Part shown: piece after piece, positions 25,801 through 38,780 of the stretch | Layout: each line of letters begins with the position of its first letter | Position numbering within the stretch: position 1 is the first letter of the stretch | Source: Trichoplax adhaerens | Taxonomy: Eukaryota > Animalia > Placozoa | Length of the DNA: 64,000 bases | Direction of reading: 5' to 3' | Assembly (NCBI RefSeq): GCF_000150275.1 | Contig: NW_002060956.1 | Coordinates: 1,827,353 to 1,891,352, forward strand | Program-made: the position numbers and the translations under genes | The notes under the pieces: generated by a model | Databases searched by the model: none | Seen by the model: only the letters and a program-made list of their open reading frames with translations | What the model was told of the DNA's origin: nothing

Positions 25801-26689
25801 GGCATAAATAAATAAGAGAATTGCTCAGTTTACATGGTCATGCTGGTGAAAAAACGCCACTAGTCTCAGATATTATTAATTTTACACGGTTGCTAGATCA
25901 TTAGCGAATTAAAATTACGAAAAATAAACCCATCACACTTCATAAGACTACTCATATGAAAATGTATAATATGCAGTGATTTACGAATTGTTTAAAGGTT
26001 GTTCAGTCTATGCTTTCAAAATATTCCAAACAAATTGGCGCTATTTTGTTTATTCAACACTGTTATTGACAGCAGCTTTCCGTAACTAGGTATATTTAAT
26101 TATGGCAGTCTTCATCATTCATCACCTCAATGAGAGAACAGCAAATATTATAAACTTTATGTAACCTATCACTAAAGAAAATCTTAAACGATTGCTATTG
26201 CCACTAACTATTGCTCTGTCAAGGATCATTAAAATAAAGAAATATTATCTTCAGTAATTTATAGGCCTAGAGATAAAGACATTTTTGCTATAGATAATTA
26301 CTTAGCAGAATCGACTTTTAATTAAACGGCCGGATTCAAATTTGTCTTTGTAGTTCCATTGCTGGATAAAAGAAAATGGTTCAGTACAAACGAATTGCAT
26401 TGTATGTATATTCCTCCTACATTACTCTTAGATATTCTTCATTATAACCTTTTTTATTAACTCTGACTACTTAATTTGATATCTATTTAAATCTGCCTGG
26501 TTTTCGCAAATGTATTTTTATTTCTTTTTGAAGATTTTTTTGCAAATTTTTCGTTTAAATGAATTGAATATTTACTCTACCGTATTCAATTCATTAAATA
26601 ATTAATTAATATATAATAATGAATTTAAGTTTAACTGAAATAAAGATTTCATAATGTAGAGCCAACTGCGTATAAATGGTATCTCCAGT

Positions 26690-27470
26690 ATTATCAATAC
26701 TGTATAGCAATTACAGATATATTTATGATGCGTTTAAATAGCATTGGATATAATTACTGCTGTACAAAGGCACCAGATTTTATAAGGTCTCATTATAATA
26801 TAATTAATCGTATTAATAGTACAGAAAATTAATCAAATAGCATTTGGAATTCATCTGTTAAGCAATTTTGCGAAATTGTTGCATCAACACTTATTTGTAA
26901 TGGTGCGCGTATTGATATATTAGCCATTGCTATTAGCCAATTTTTAGTCGTTTTTTATGAGTATGCCTTATTAAATCAAAATTAATCTCACAAACTGCTG
27001 CATTAATTTACACACATATATTTGCTCGAAAGAGCATGTAGTTTTGGTCCATACACAATTATGAAAGAGATTGTCCACAAAGAGATATTTTGTTAAGTTG
27101 TTTTGTTTTGTATTATTAAATCTCTTTATGAAAAATAGATTGTTATCAGTTCGAATGAAAATTAAAAAATCTCTTTAAGTAGGGTACGCTGTTTCTAAAA
27201 ATTTATTGCATTTTTATTTTCAGCTACCAAAAACTAAAAGCAGGTTGATTAGTGTTAATAATACGCAATGGCAGGCTACTCAATATAATTTTTTGGGCAA
27301 AAATTGTAGTCCTTATTTCTAATGCCACTAGGATATTGCCATCAATGGTTGTGTGCTAGTAAAGTGAACCATTTACCTTTCGACATAGATATACGCTAAA
27401 TATTACCTGTAAAAGAACATCTAAATTCTAATCAATACAATACCATAGTTTATGTCATCATTCTTGAGCA
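26690..27470 (+). pseudogene. Heavily decayed GPCR pseudogene of the same family
   Basis: Collinear remnants across frameshifts and stops: IAITDIF (TM2), FGIHLLSNFAKLL (cf. WGIHPLCNIARFL), LAIAISQFLVV (TM3 end), IKINLTNCCI (cf. LKLNLQRCRI), SFGPYTIMK (cf. SFGLYPTIR), YCIFIFSY..KTKSR (TM5), IVVLISNATRILPSMV (TM6), NTIVYVII (TM7). Confidence 0.7.
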
Positions 27471-28541
27471 AGTCTTTAAACGTCGTTATATAGTCTAATT
27501 TACGATAGAGATATTAAGTCTTGGTTAATACTACCAGGAAAATCAGTATATAATAATTATTTACAGCGTACGATACTATACTAACCATTGCTAGGATACT
27601 AATAAGGAATTTGTTTCAAGTTTACTCATTGTAGAAATGGATAGATTGATGAAGTAGATCTGAGATACAGAGACTGTTCGTTTAGTATACTTTATCATCA
27701 ATATATAGCAAGCAAGAAATGCTGACAACAAGTGACACACGATGCTTGCTTGGTATATAGAATACCAAAATTCTTCAATGTCGATGTAGGAACTTATTTG
27801 GGTAGGATACTCTTAAAGAATTCCACCACAGGACTCTTATTACCTGTTATAACTATAAAAAATTAAAAAATAACGTATTAATTGCCGATGTCTACTTCCC
27901 ACAGAATAGAACTGAATCGATAGAGCGCTTCGATCGTTGTGATTATATCTCAGCAAAGCATCAAATTCAAAAATTACGTAAATTACTAACAGCCTCCAAT
28001 TCCTACCTATAGGAGCTGGAATTTTCGATTTTAAAATGGCCAGTTATAATTCTTCTCCTCGCAGCTGTAAAAAAATTGTTAATGTCGCGTTGCAGCTGAG
28101 AATCTAAGTTCATGGATTCAATCGACGATCTACCATCAAGAAAACAATAACTATTCCTGCTCTATCTACAATTATTATCCAACATTTAACGAAATTAATT
28201 ATAATTTTAATTTAGAATATACTTTTACATATCCGGCATTATATTACCACAAATGGCAACCTATTGTTTTATACAACAAAACTGTATTTATCTCAAAAAT
28301 TTATTGAATTTTCCAGTTGCTATTGTGGCAAATACTTAAAATTCCGATAACGATATTTCTATACTGAATTAGATATTCTAACACCAATGTACACAACTAT
28401 ATAGGTATATTAATAGATTAGGACATAGTAGGGACTTTGAAAGCTCACGTACACATTTCACCTTTTAACATAAGCAAGTGCATATAATGTATTCTAACTT
28501 TAACTAGAGATTATCAAGTCTAGCTTTTCGGAATATACCTC

Positions 28542-29172
28542 TGTCACAAAACAGCTTTGCAACAAGATAACGCAATATACGATCAATAAGTCAATTCCTT
28601 GAACCACGTATCAAGGAACGATATCTGCACTATCACGAACACTTTTGCTCTACTAGCAGACTACACAAAGACTTAGACGCCTCGTATTTTACGTTAAATA
28701 CTAAGTTGGAGAAATTCACTTTATTTCACGATATACTGCATTTATATACTACTCCTCAATAGTTCATGAGTCATAGTTAATACAATTAACATTAGAATCA
28801 TTTACTGAATTAGATATTAATTTTAGCTACTGCTCCCTTAATGCAGACAACAGTATTTACGAACATAGACATGCGATGACTAATACAGAATAGTCAGATT
28901 ACGATATGTCCTATCACGGAACATTTCCATGATAATTTACAGTCTACCATAAGTAAATTACAATCGCAATGATTCGAACTGTAAGCAGATGATTTGCATT
29001 CCCTATCATAACTATTAATTTCAGTATGTGTATAAGTGTTACTGTCATAAAAAGTCAGTGCTATATTACAACACAGTATATCCAAATTAGAAGTTAACTA
29101 AATAAGGATAGGGTAATAGAATTATCCTAACATAGATATTTCTACTGTAATACAGTATATAACACTGTAACA
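28542..29172 (-). mobile_element. Family A solo-LTR-like element (631 bp)
   Basis: Starts TGTCAC and ends GTAACA. Flanks ACCTC / ACGTC form a 5-bp TSD with one mismatch. The first ~200 bp are nearly identical to 33492-33700 and similar to 38002 onward and to the reverse complement of the 50280 end. Confidence 0.72.
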
Positions 29173-30065
29173 ACGTCACTAACAATTGATACTATTTAGG
29201 CAAATAAGACGATTGGCTAATTCGACGTTCAATGATACAATACTTTCATTAACAATGCTTTCGAGTAATTCGATATATAAGCTGCCATGATTTATAACGT
29301 TTTTTTATAACAGTAAAAGTAAGCTTCTGTTTAAAATAGAGACAATCAGATGTACCGGATTTCTTCTTGATTAGGTAATAAGGTAATATATTTATGTTTT
29401 CATTTAAAAATATTTTCTTACGACTAATTATGCCTTTTTATTGTTTCTATTACTCTTTCACTTGGCATTCATTAGTAATTTAGATAGGATATACGTTCAA
29501 GGTTCAAGCCGAATTCCTGCAAAAACTGAGCTATAAAAATTTTAAAATTCACGTGATTTATCATTCAAATGACAAGTTCAATGATTGCTATTGTGGCAAT
29601 CTCAATTTATTAACTAGAAGACGAAATTTTAATTAATCATTCTTTTGGTCAAGATTACTGCTGGAACAGGATTTGGCTAAGTCATTGACCGATCAATGAC
29701 TCAAGAAAAATAAGATTATTACAGCAAACTATGCTTTGTTAGCGAAATCAATTTATTGAATTTATCGTTACAATTAATCGCTATCCTATTCTTATTTTGG
29801 CTATTCAAAGATAGGTTTTGTTAAGAATTTTACGTTAGTATTTATTATTACCTTCTATTAGCGTAAACTGTACTTTATCAATTATTTATCTGTAGATATT
29901 AATAAAATATATAGTTGATACCGTATAACATATATAAGTACGGATGCAAATAAGTTAGTAGGAAATACATGCAAGTCATAGAGCGTAACATAAACTTGAG
30001 CAACTGAGACCTCCATATTTTATCGTAAATTTTACTAGAAAAATTTTATCATCAGTTTTTCAGCT

Positions 30066-31133
30066 ATGCCTTCATTGCTTCAGAACAATCCAGTAGCACG
30101 AATTCTCGCCTGGACTTTTGGTATTATGGGTATTTTAGGCAATCTGACTATTTTATGGTATCAACATAAATGTAAACTTCTTAAAATCAGAGCCCATAAC
30201 TCCTCAAATACTCATCAGCAACATGCTACAAGAAAAACATCTCTAGTAACCAGATATTTAATCTGCAATTTGGCGATAGCCGATCTTCTCGGTTCCATTT
30301 ATCTTATTATTATTGCTTCTGCTGATGTTTACTATGGCTATCATTATCCAAATGTCTTTCGAAATCCTAATCGTGGAAATGTTACGAATCCATGGTTACT
30401 TAGCCCTTTCTGCCATCTTAGTCGCTTCATATTTTTTCTTTCTTCCATTATGTCTATTGCACTAACATTTGTTATAGCCGTAGATCGTTTTATTGCCGTT
30501 ATATTTCCTTACAGCAAATTTCGATTCGATCTTTACCGTTGTCGTATAATTACTACGGCATGTTGGTTTATTGTTATATGTTATGCTCTTATTCCGACCA
30601 TTCGTCATCTTATATATCGCATTACGAAAGGATTTGATTCAAATTCTAATCTTTGCTTATATCGTGATGTAGTAAGAAAACATACTTTTAATTTCATACG
30701 ATCCAGGCAAATTATTTATTTCATATTAACCGGAGCAATTATAGTGCTATATACTGCAATTATCATCTATGTTAAATTGAAAAGCAGTAACATGAGATCT
30801 CAATTAAACAAAGTTGAGAAAAAAATATTTCTAGTTATGCTCTTTATCACAATTTCTAATATTTTCACTTTGCTTCCTACATTTCTCGTAATGATATTCT
30901 CTAATAATCGAGAATTTAATATCTCTATCCAATCATTTCAGCTTATGCTTCCCATCTTTATATTCGCTATCTATTTTAGTGCTGCTATCAATCCAATTAT
31001 ATATTTTGTATTTACTAATTCAAGTAAGTATAAGGCTATTCTATCTTCATGTTTCAAAACTCAAAAAGAGACCACAATTCCGTTAAACACACACTGCAGT
31101 ACTTTACAAAAATTAAATTTTGTGGACTCATGA
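30066..31133 (+). CDS. Class A GPCR 3, intronless, LGR-like 7TM core, 355 aa
   Basis: MPSLLQNNPVARILAW, GN, CNLAIADLLGSIYLIIIASAD, WLLSPFC, IAVDRF, ISNIFTLLP, NPIIY. Confidence 0.93.
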   Translation: MPSLLQNNPVARILAWTFGIMGILGNLTILWYQHKCKLLKIRAHNSSNTHQQHATRKTSLVTRYLICNLAIADLLGSIYLIIIASADVYYGYHYPNVFRNPNRGNVTNPWLLSPFCHLSRFIFFLSSIMSIALTFVIAVDRFIAVIFPYSKFRFDLYRCRIITTACWFIVICYALIPTIRHLIYRITKGFDSNSNLCLYRDVVRKHTFNFIRSRQIIYFILTGAIIVLYTAIIIYVKLKSSNMRSQLNKVEKKIFLVMLFITISNIFTLLPTFLVMIFSNNREFNISIQSFQLMLPIFIFAIYFSAAINPIIYFVFTNSSKYKAILSSCFKTQKETTIPLNTHCSTLQKLNFVDS

Positions 31134-32524
31134 TTTTTATCAGTTAGATTTTGTCGTTTATTGCGCTAATACACAATATTTATACTTTGCTACTGTAGTT
31201 AGCATCTTACTACATTACTATCTATACTAAGCAAGAAATTAAGTAAATCGGTATACTCCTGCAGGAATAAAACGAGTGCGTAAATTAATAATAAATCAAG
31301 ATAATTTGCATCCTATTTAAAAGTAATAGACGATAATAATACATGCTGAACTCGATTGTTTTTCCACTTTATGATAATGTGCATTAACTAAGAAATATTG
31401 TTTCTTATCTGTACTTCCACCTACTCCAGACTAGAATGCTATTACGGCATATAAGCTTATTCTAGCATTATTCATTACTCGGATACAATCGTACCATTAA
31501 TATAAATCTAAGATAAATTTATAGTACGAAACGCCTGATACTTTGTACCATTACTTCATATTGATAATATATATTTTAATTGTAATAGTTAATGATGATC
31601 AAATATGTTATTAATATTTTGATCGATCTTACTAATTCTATAACAACGCACCTAATTTGTAATATATTACTATATTTGCTTAAATCATTAATAAAACTAA
31701 GCTAATTAAGCAAAATAATGCCTTAAATCTTTATTCATTAGGCAATTTAGCCAATTTTACTTCATATCAGTAATTTTGCGTGTATAATAAAGTGCATTCC
31801 TCGTCTGATCTAATTAGTTAAATTATTGGAGAGCATGAACGAAATTTGACGAAAAGAATACCGTATACGGATTTTATCGATTTTTAATTATAGTTTATAT
31901 ATAATATAATCTATTTTCACAAGAAATATATTAATTTATAGAATCTCTTAATTATGGAAATTCTTATACCTCTCCTAATACATAGGAAAAAGAATTCCGA
32001 AAGCAATTCAACGACACTAATTCACTACTGCAATAACAACATCTGCTTATAAAGTCTATGAGTGTTGTGAAATCTAATTTAAATTTAGATTGTTGATGTC
32101 GATAGTAATTTGTTTATGTGTAGATCATTTTGCTATTAGCTATTACTTAGTAATTTCGGAAATAAAGTGACTATTTGCAATTCTGCACTTATTGATTGAA
32201 ACAGAAAATAAGCCATTACAAACTTTGTTTAGGCAACGAGACTTTATCGTAACTCAGAGTATTACTTATCTCAGTAATCTATTTTAATACTTGAAGATAG
32301 ATACACGTATGTCTTGCAATCCATTGCTATATTGACACCTATTTATGCTGAAATGCGGTATAAATTATGCATGTTATTGAGGCTGAGATTTATCTAATTG
32401 CTCGAAATGAAATGATATCATATGACTTATAAAATTCTTTATGTAATTAAGATTGTCAGTTATGACAATATCGATATCAGGTAGTTCCATATAATATTCC
32501 AGTTATACATATTCCAATTCTTGA

Positions 32525-33228
32525 ATGGCAAATGGCAGAGGTTGTGTTGATTGTTATGTAGTTAGACTGTTATTTTTATGACTAAAATCTAGATGTTTAA
32601 AGGTTAATTTTTAGATTGTTATGATGTATAATGATTAGGAATTATGTTAAAAGTGAAGATTAATGTATTTTAAAGTTATTTTGTTTGATTTTGTAGTGTT
32701 TTGTAAGGGAGTACGTAGGGTAAATTGTATCTGAACTTTCAGTACTTTTTGTTTTCTTTATTGGTGCAAAGTAGTTTTCTAAAATGGATCTAAAGGGTGA
32801 TTGACTAATAAAATTTTAGTTTTAAATACTACTGAGAGCTCTGCGAAGCCTATAAATGATAGTACAATCAGAAAATTTAGAGTAGAGAGGAAAAGAAGAT
32901 TCTTTTGAAGAACTTGTTGAATCTTAAAGGCCTTCGGGGTCGAACTCTTGTAAGTTAAAACGTTCTTCTTTTTGTTAGGTTGTTGGTTGTTGACAGTTTT
33001 AGTTCTGTCGTTTTTTTTATTTCGTTACTTATAAAACTTAGAATTAAGTATTTGGAAGATTGTTTGATCAGACTCTCTCATGTTTTCTTAATAAACGTTA
33101 ATCGGTTATTTCCCAATTTAATTTGGTGTTAAAGTTTTGTTAAGTCGATCAGAATACAAAGAAAGTAGAATCAAAGTTTATTAGAAGTTTAGTAGCTTGC
33201 TTTCTATATTTATCACTTCATTACAACA
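32525..33228 (+). mobile_element. Family B repeat, 5'-truncated copy
   Basis: ATGGCAAATGGCAGAGGTTGTGTTGATT...GGCCTTCGGGGTCGAA...CATTACAACA is collinear with 60576-61100 and with the reverse complement of 38781-39487. Confidence 0.85.
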
Positions 33229-33491
33229 TCATATGTATTTTCATGACGCAGAGTGAATGCCAATTAACTTCTACGATAAATTTCTAGTATTCACTCTGAT
33301 ACCACATAAATATTTATAATCAACGTTTCCAAATACAATTTCTGAATTTATTCTGTTATGTGCAATATGCTCGAGCATTAAGAACTTCTTTATATGATAC
33401 TTTCGTAATTTTCTTTTATGATTCCTAATGCAGCATTGGTTATAACCGTGAAATCATAGAATACAAATTGTCAATGATTATAATATTCTGG

Positions 33492-33705
33492 TGTCACAAA
33501 ACAGCTTTGCAACAAGATAACGTAATGTACGATCAATAAGTCAATTCCTTGAACCACGTATCAAGGAACGATATCTGCACTATCACGAACACTTTTGCTC
33601 TACTAGCAGACTACACAAAGACTTAGACGCCTCGTATTTTACGTTAAACACTAAGTTTAAGAATCCTCTTTATTACACGATATACTGCATTTATATACTG
33701 TGACA
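33492..33705 (-). mobile_element. Family A element, internally deleted 214-bp copy retaining both termini
   Basis: TGTCAC...GTGACA termini, flanks TTCTGG / TACTGG, and near-identity to 28542-28750. Confidence 0.75.
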
Positions 33706-34699
33706 TACTGGATCGTTACAGAATTAAGATTTTAAGCGTAGCTCTACGCAGAATTTTATCATTTTATGATAAATTTACACAATAGAATAACCATTTTTAT
33801 TTATTATTTGGAGATAGTTCAATCTTCTTTACCGCAACATATAGTACAAATCAATTGAAACTCAGAATTATGCACTATGCAGTCTTATTGATAATATTTT
33901 CGATTATCGTGAAGCATTTATCTATTATAATTATACGTAAGTAGCAATTATTGTAATGATACAAAGGATAACTTGAAACAACAGTAATTAAATTTTTGCA
34001 TTTCTTTATTCCATCAAAAATTAATTAAGTGAGCAATAGTATCGCGTTGAAAGTGTCTCAAAAATGATGTGCGTGATTTTATTCTTGCCACTCTACTAAT
34101 GTCTAGTATTCTTTTATGGTCGAGTTAAGAAAATTTGTCAAGTACATTGGCGTCAACAAACGTTGCGTACAAGCGTTGCATAAGAATTAAAAAGTTTATG
34201 CTACTTGTCCTTGGATGAATTCTTCTGCAATTACCATTGTGGCAATCCCTATAACATTTGCAAGATATTGTATTAATCTTCACTTTTCGCTAGCATTACA
34301 GCTCAATAAACCACTTAATTTAAATATGTAACTAATAAAGCAATAGAAAACAAAACAAAATCTCGTACAATTAAATAATGTCAACTCATATGTTATTCCT
34401 AACATGTATTTATCACTCCTATGTATACCGCCCATTGATCGGTAATTACTTTTACACAAAATTAGATATAATACAATTAATCATTTCAAACCTAACTCAA
34501 ACTGTCTTTCTATTCAAGTATCTCTTCATTAATTGTTAATGCTGCAATTCGTATAAACAGTATAGGGTATTTACTCGCGCATATAGATAGATTGGATAAT
34601 ATGAATATTTATGCTACTACAAAGAATCTTCATTTAACGATTGGAATTGCATACATGAAATACGTAAATCTATTGATAATTTAGAAAAAATTTCTTAGC

Positions 34700-35713
34700 A
34701 TGGCATCGTCATTCCTTCAGAATAATGAAGCAGCTAGAATTCTCGCTTGGTCCATTGGTATAGCGGGAATTTTATGCAATTTTGCTATTTTATGGTATAA
34801 TTATAAATACAAACTTCTTAAAATCAATATCCAAAACCCATTAGCAAATCATCGCCAACAATCTGCACGAAAAACATCAACTGTAACTAATCATTTAATC
34901 TGTCAATTGGCAATAGCGAATCTTCTCGGTTCCATTTATCTTATTATTATTCTTTCTGCTGATCTTTACTACGGTTATCATTATCCAAATCTCTATCGAA
35001 ACCCTAATCGTAAAAATGTCACAAACCCATGGCTTCTTAGTCCTTTCTGCCATCTTAGTCGCTTCTTATATTTCACTTCTTCTGTCATGTCTATTGTGCT
35101 ACCTTCAGTTATTGTTATAGATCGCTTTATTGCTATTATATTTCCTTACAGCAAATTTCGATGTAACAGTTTTCGCTACCGTTTAATTACCTTGATGTGT
35201 TGGCTTGTCGTAATAGCCTATGCTCTCATCCCAACTATTCGTAATATCGCCTTTCGATTAACGAAAGCATTCGATACAAACGCTAACCTTTGCTTATATC
35301 GTGATATAGTGCTAATATACAGTACCAATCACCGACTCTCTAGGCAAATCATATATTTTATACTAACCGGAATGATTGCCATATTGTATGTTATAATTTT
35401 TATTTATATCAAATTTAAAGGGCGTAACATGCAATCTCGAACGAACAGACTTGAAAGAAAAGTGCTCATCATAATGATCATTATTACTATTTCTAACATT
35501 TGCACTTTGTTTCCTGCATTTTTTGCAAGGGCTGTATTTAGAAATCCGGCATTTAATATCCCCAGACAAACATTTCAGCGAGCATTGCCAATCTTAATAT
35601 TTGCTTCGTTCGCCAGTGGTGTCATCAATCCAATTGCATATTTTATATTAAGCGTTCTAGGTAAATGTAATGCTAACCTTCTAGCATGTTGTAAGGCTCA
35701 AAAGACACTATAA
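34700..35713 (+). CDS. Class A GPCR 4, intronless, closest paralogue of GPCR 3, 337 aa (D2.50N, frameshift-shortened tail)
   Basis: QLAIANLLGSIYLIIILSAD, WLLSPFC, VIDRF, ISNICTLFP, NPIAY. Long stretches of nucleotide identity with 30066-31133. Confidence 0.9.
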   Translation: MASSFLQNNEAARILAWSIGIAGILCNFAILWYNYKYKLLKINIQNPLANHRQQSARKTSTVTNHLICQLAIANLLGSIYLIIILSADLYYGYHYPNLYRNPNRKNVTNPWLLSPFCHLSRFLYFTSSVMSIVLPSVIVIDRFIAIIFPYSKFRCNSFRYRLITLMCWLVVIAYALIPTIRNIAFRLTKAFDTNANLCLYRDIVLIYSTNHRLSRQIIYFILTGMIAILYVIIFIYIKFKGRNMQSRTNRLERKVLIIMIIITISNICTLFPAFFARAVFRNPAFNIPRQTFQRALPILIFASFASGVINPIAYFILSVLGKCNANLLACCKAQKTL

Positions 35714-38001
35714 CACTATCATACACACACAACAGTACTTTGCATAAATAAAACTTATATATCAATATAATTTCCTTGTATTAGCTATTGCCAAACATTT
35801 ACATGCAATACGGATACTGTAATGCAGCATGTAACTACTGCAATTATCTGAAATTATTATACGTAGTAAAGGCAACACTCATGCCATATAAAGCTGCAAA
35901 AAAGTAAGTAAAAAGGAAAAAAAGTGACTTTAAGTAACTAAATTCTACGGCTGGGCAAAATAAGATTGCCAGACTATAGCGACGTATAATATGATTGTAT
36001 TTCTTATTTATGACAGTGCCTTATTGTTCAGTATATAAAGTTCAAGCCTATCATATTATTAATGGATAATTGATGCTTAGTATATCTATAGCCGACAACT
36101 TTTTCTGAAAAAAAACTATGCTGTTAACAGATCTTTCTCATCAAGCCATTGCTCACAAATCATGTTTTAACCCAACTAACCCTATACTATGCCGGTAAAA
36201 ATTCGTAAACGCATTCATGGATACATAAAATTTAATTCCCTACAGTCATTTGATGCAATTCGATCTTATTAACAATCTGCTAATAAATCCTGTTAATAAA
36301 GTTGTACGCAAAATAAAAAAACGAGAAACCTATATCTTTAGCACTTATCGTATTCCAGATAGACGATGTACTCCAGTTGTCGATGTACATTTCTTGTAGT
36401 ATTGAAAAAATATTTCGCTTGTTCGTAGATACTGTACTTATAACTTCAAAGAAAGAGTATGCAGCAATCATTTCTAACAGCATAAACTATTGAAAAATTA
36501 CATCTCAACGTTAAGATGAATTTTACAATATTGACGAATAAATTAAATACACGTTAGATTCGACAGCCGCTGCATCACAGAATTTGCCGTACTTTTGTTG
36601 CAAGGGTGAAATTTTAGCTAATTTAAGAATGATAACAACAATTAAGGAATTAATTAACAGTATGTCACTTAATCAACGATACAGCATAGTAAGGGATGGT
36701 TAGGTCACTCAGGTACGTAAGCCTTCGTGATTACTATGTTGATATCTAAAATTCCACCACAGAAATTTGATCTAGTGCATCGAATTTTAACAGCCATTGA
36801 TTAATATAGATTTCTATATACTGTTCACCATAATTCTCGTGCGCCTCAGCGCTTCAAATAACATGTCTATGATTACCTTGTTTCAGGTACGAATCCACAA
36901 AAGTATCTTCGGACGGAATAGCCAAGTGAACAAAATTTTTTGATCTTTAAGAACACTTATTGTGTTGTTGCTAGAAATCAGGTGCCATTGCAAATCAGTT
37001 TGTGATTCATACTATGCCCTGTAATAAGTAGGAGATTACAGCGAATAGAAAAGGTCTGATAATGTGCCCTCCACCGCTCATAGTAAGAGATAGGAACTAC
37101 AACGTTTAGGATCAACTTTCATGAGAGAGTCATAGCCATCATATATAATTTTAGACTTAAGAGCCTAGTAATTTCATTTTGTTTTAAGCCTCTTGCACAG
37201 GTTAATTAACGTACGTAAAGTAGACGTCAATTGAACCAATATAGATAATGCATCCCCTTGCTAACTGACTGAAGTTCACATAATTAGTAAAATGAAATTT
37301 GAACTATCTATAGGTACAACATATAATTACTTCAGTCTTAATTGTGAATAAATAAGGGGTAGTTTGATAAACACGAATACTTTACATCATATTTAAAAAA
37401 AGAAAACTAGCACAACATCTTTCGAATACTAAACCAAAAAATTATAGAGAATTACAAAATGGTCATATTGAGTACCTGTAAAGTTACAGATGCTCGAGGC
37501 ATTTAATTTAAAAATAAACCTATCGTATTGTTAATAGATTGCTTCGTAGAGTTATGCTAAAGCATTTATGGTCCTTTAAAGGCAACTGAAAACTATATAG
37601 AAAATCTCGAAATTGACTTCTTTACGATTTGGTTTAAGAATGAAAAAATTCTCTTTATCCAATTAGATAATACAGTCCTGAAAATAAGTAGTGAATGAGA
37701 AAATACTAAATCCTGCTGTAATAGCTGAATATAACAGCAAAATGAATTCTTCTGACTATAATACTAATATTGCTAAGAGATGCAAGATCACAATTGTAGC
37801 GATTTCAGCTAATTACAGTAGTAAGTTGAAGAAAGCTTCACTGTGTGACGTAGATTAGTCTATAAGAGGTTATTAAACTCATTCACTTGTAACAGCCAAC
37901 TCTAGGCATTGTAATCGGTAAATAACTTAGGACGAATTAGAGCTGTATATCGATGAATTAAGTATTGGTAGCTACTATGATGAGAAACTTAATCATAAGA
38001 A

Positions 38002-38574
38002 TGTCACAAACCAGCTTCGTGAAAAAGATAGCGTAAAACAAATCTCTAAATTACAGTAGCCTTTGGGATTCAGCATCCCTTAACTATCTCACAAGAAATT
38101 AGACGCCTTTGCTTCTACTTTAAACAACTATAGAATTCCTCTTTATTCAACTATCTGCCGAGCTTAAATACCCTTCGGCAGCTGCTATCATGTATGAGTC
38201 ATAGCATTTCATGCAATTTAGTGCGTATTGGATAGCTAAATTAATACAGAAATTGTTCATAATCTTAGACATGTACTGAATGATTCTAAATAATTAGATT
38301 ACAGTATATCCATACAAAGAATTATTTATAGCGTCATCTATAATTGAATATTTTCAGGCTATTCATCAGAAGCATTACAAGATATAACACTATAATGAAT
38401 TAATTTTTAGTATTAGTTATCGTATAAGAACTCTTACTACAGCAGAGCATAATTTACTAAATCAAAATAATAACTACCGTAGTTCTTATTGTAAGTTATT
38501 ACTAGTTATCTCCATATATAAATGTTAACCACTAAATTTAGTCGTTAGTCTTCACGACGGTTCGTATCGTTACA
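38002..38574 (-). mobile_element. Family A solo-LTR-like element (573 bp)
   Basis: TGTCACAAACCAGCTTCGTGA...TTCGTATCGTTACA. Flanks AAGAA / AGGAA. Both ends match the reverse complement of 49845-50280. Confidence 0.8.
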
Positions 38575-38780
38575 AGGAAATAATTGTATCCGTGCATTCG
38601 ACTAAACCAAATCAAAGCAATAATATGTATCAACGTATTATTCTATTGACAAGCTATTATATCGTTACCATATTGTAAACTATAGCATTAAGAAATAATG
38701 ACGCACTTATTCTAAATGCGATACTGAATTTGATAGTTTCTGCAACAAAATAGATAATTTCCCAATGACTTACAGTAAGT

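Noticed and set aside
26558-26595. 13-bp inverted repeat (also an 11-bp one at 24031-24055)
   Set aside because: Short and AT-rich, so plausible by chance or slippage. There is no other support for function.
30054-30065. AG acceptor-like sites just before the GPCR 3 and GPCR 4 ATGs as evidence for upstream ectodomain exons
   Set aside because: The phases differ between paralogues (2 nt vs 1 nt before ATG), the ATG position is conserved across the family, and I saw no LRR-coding exons in the spacers. A 5' UTR intron remains possible.
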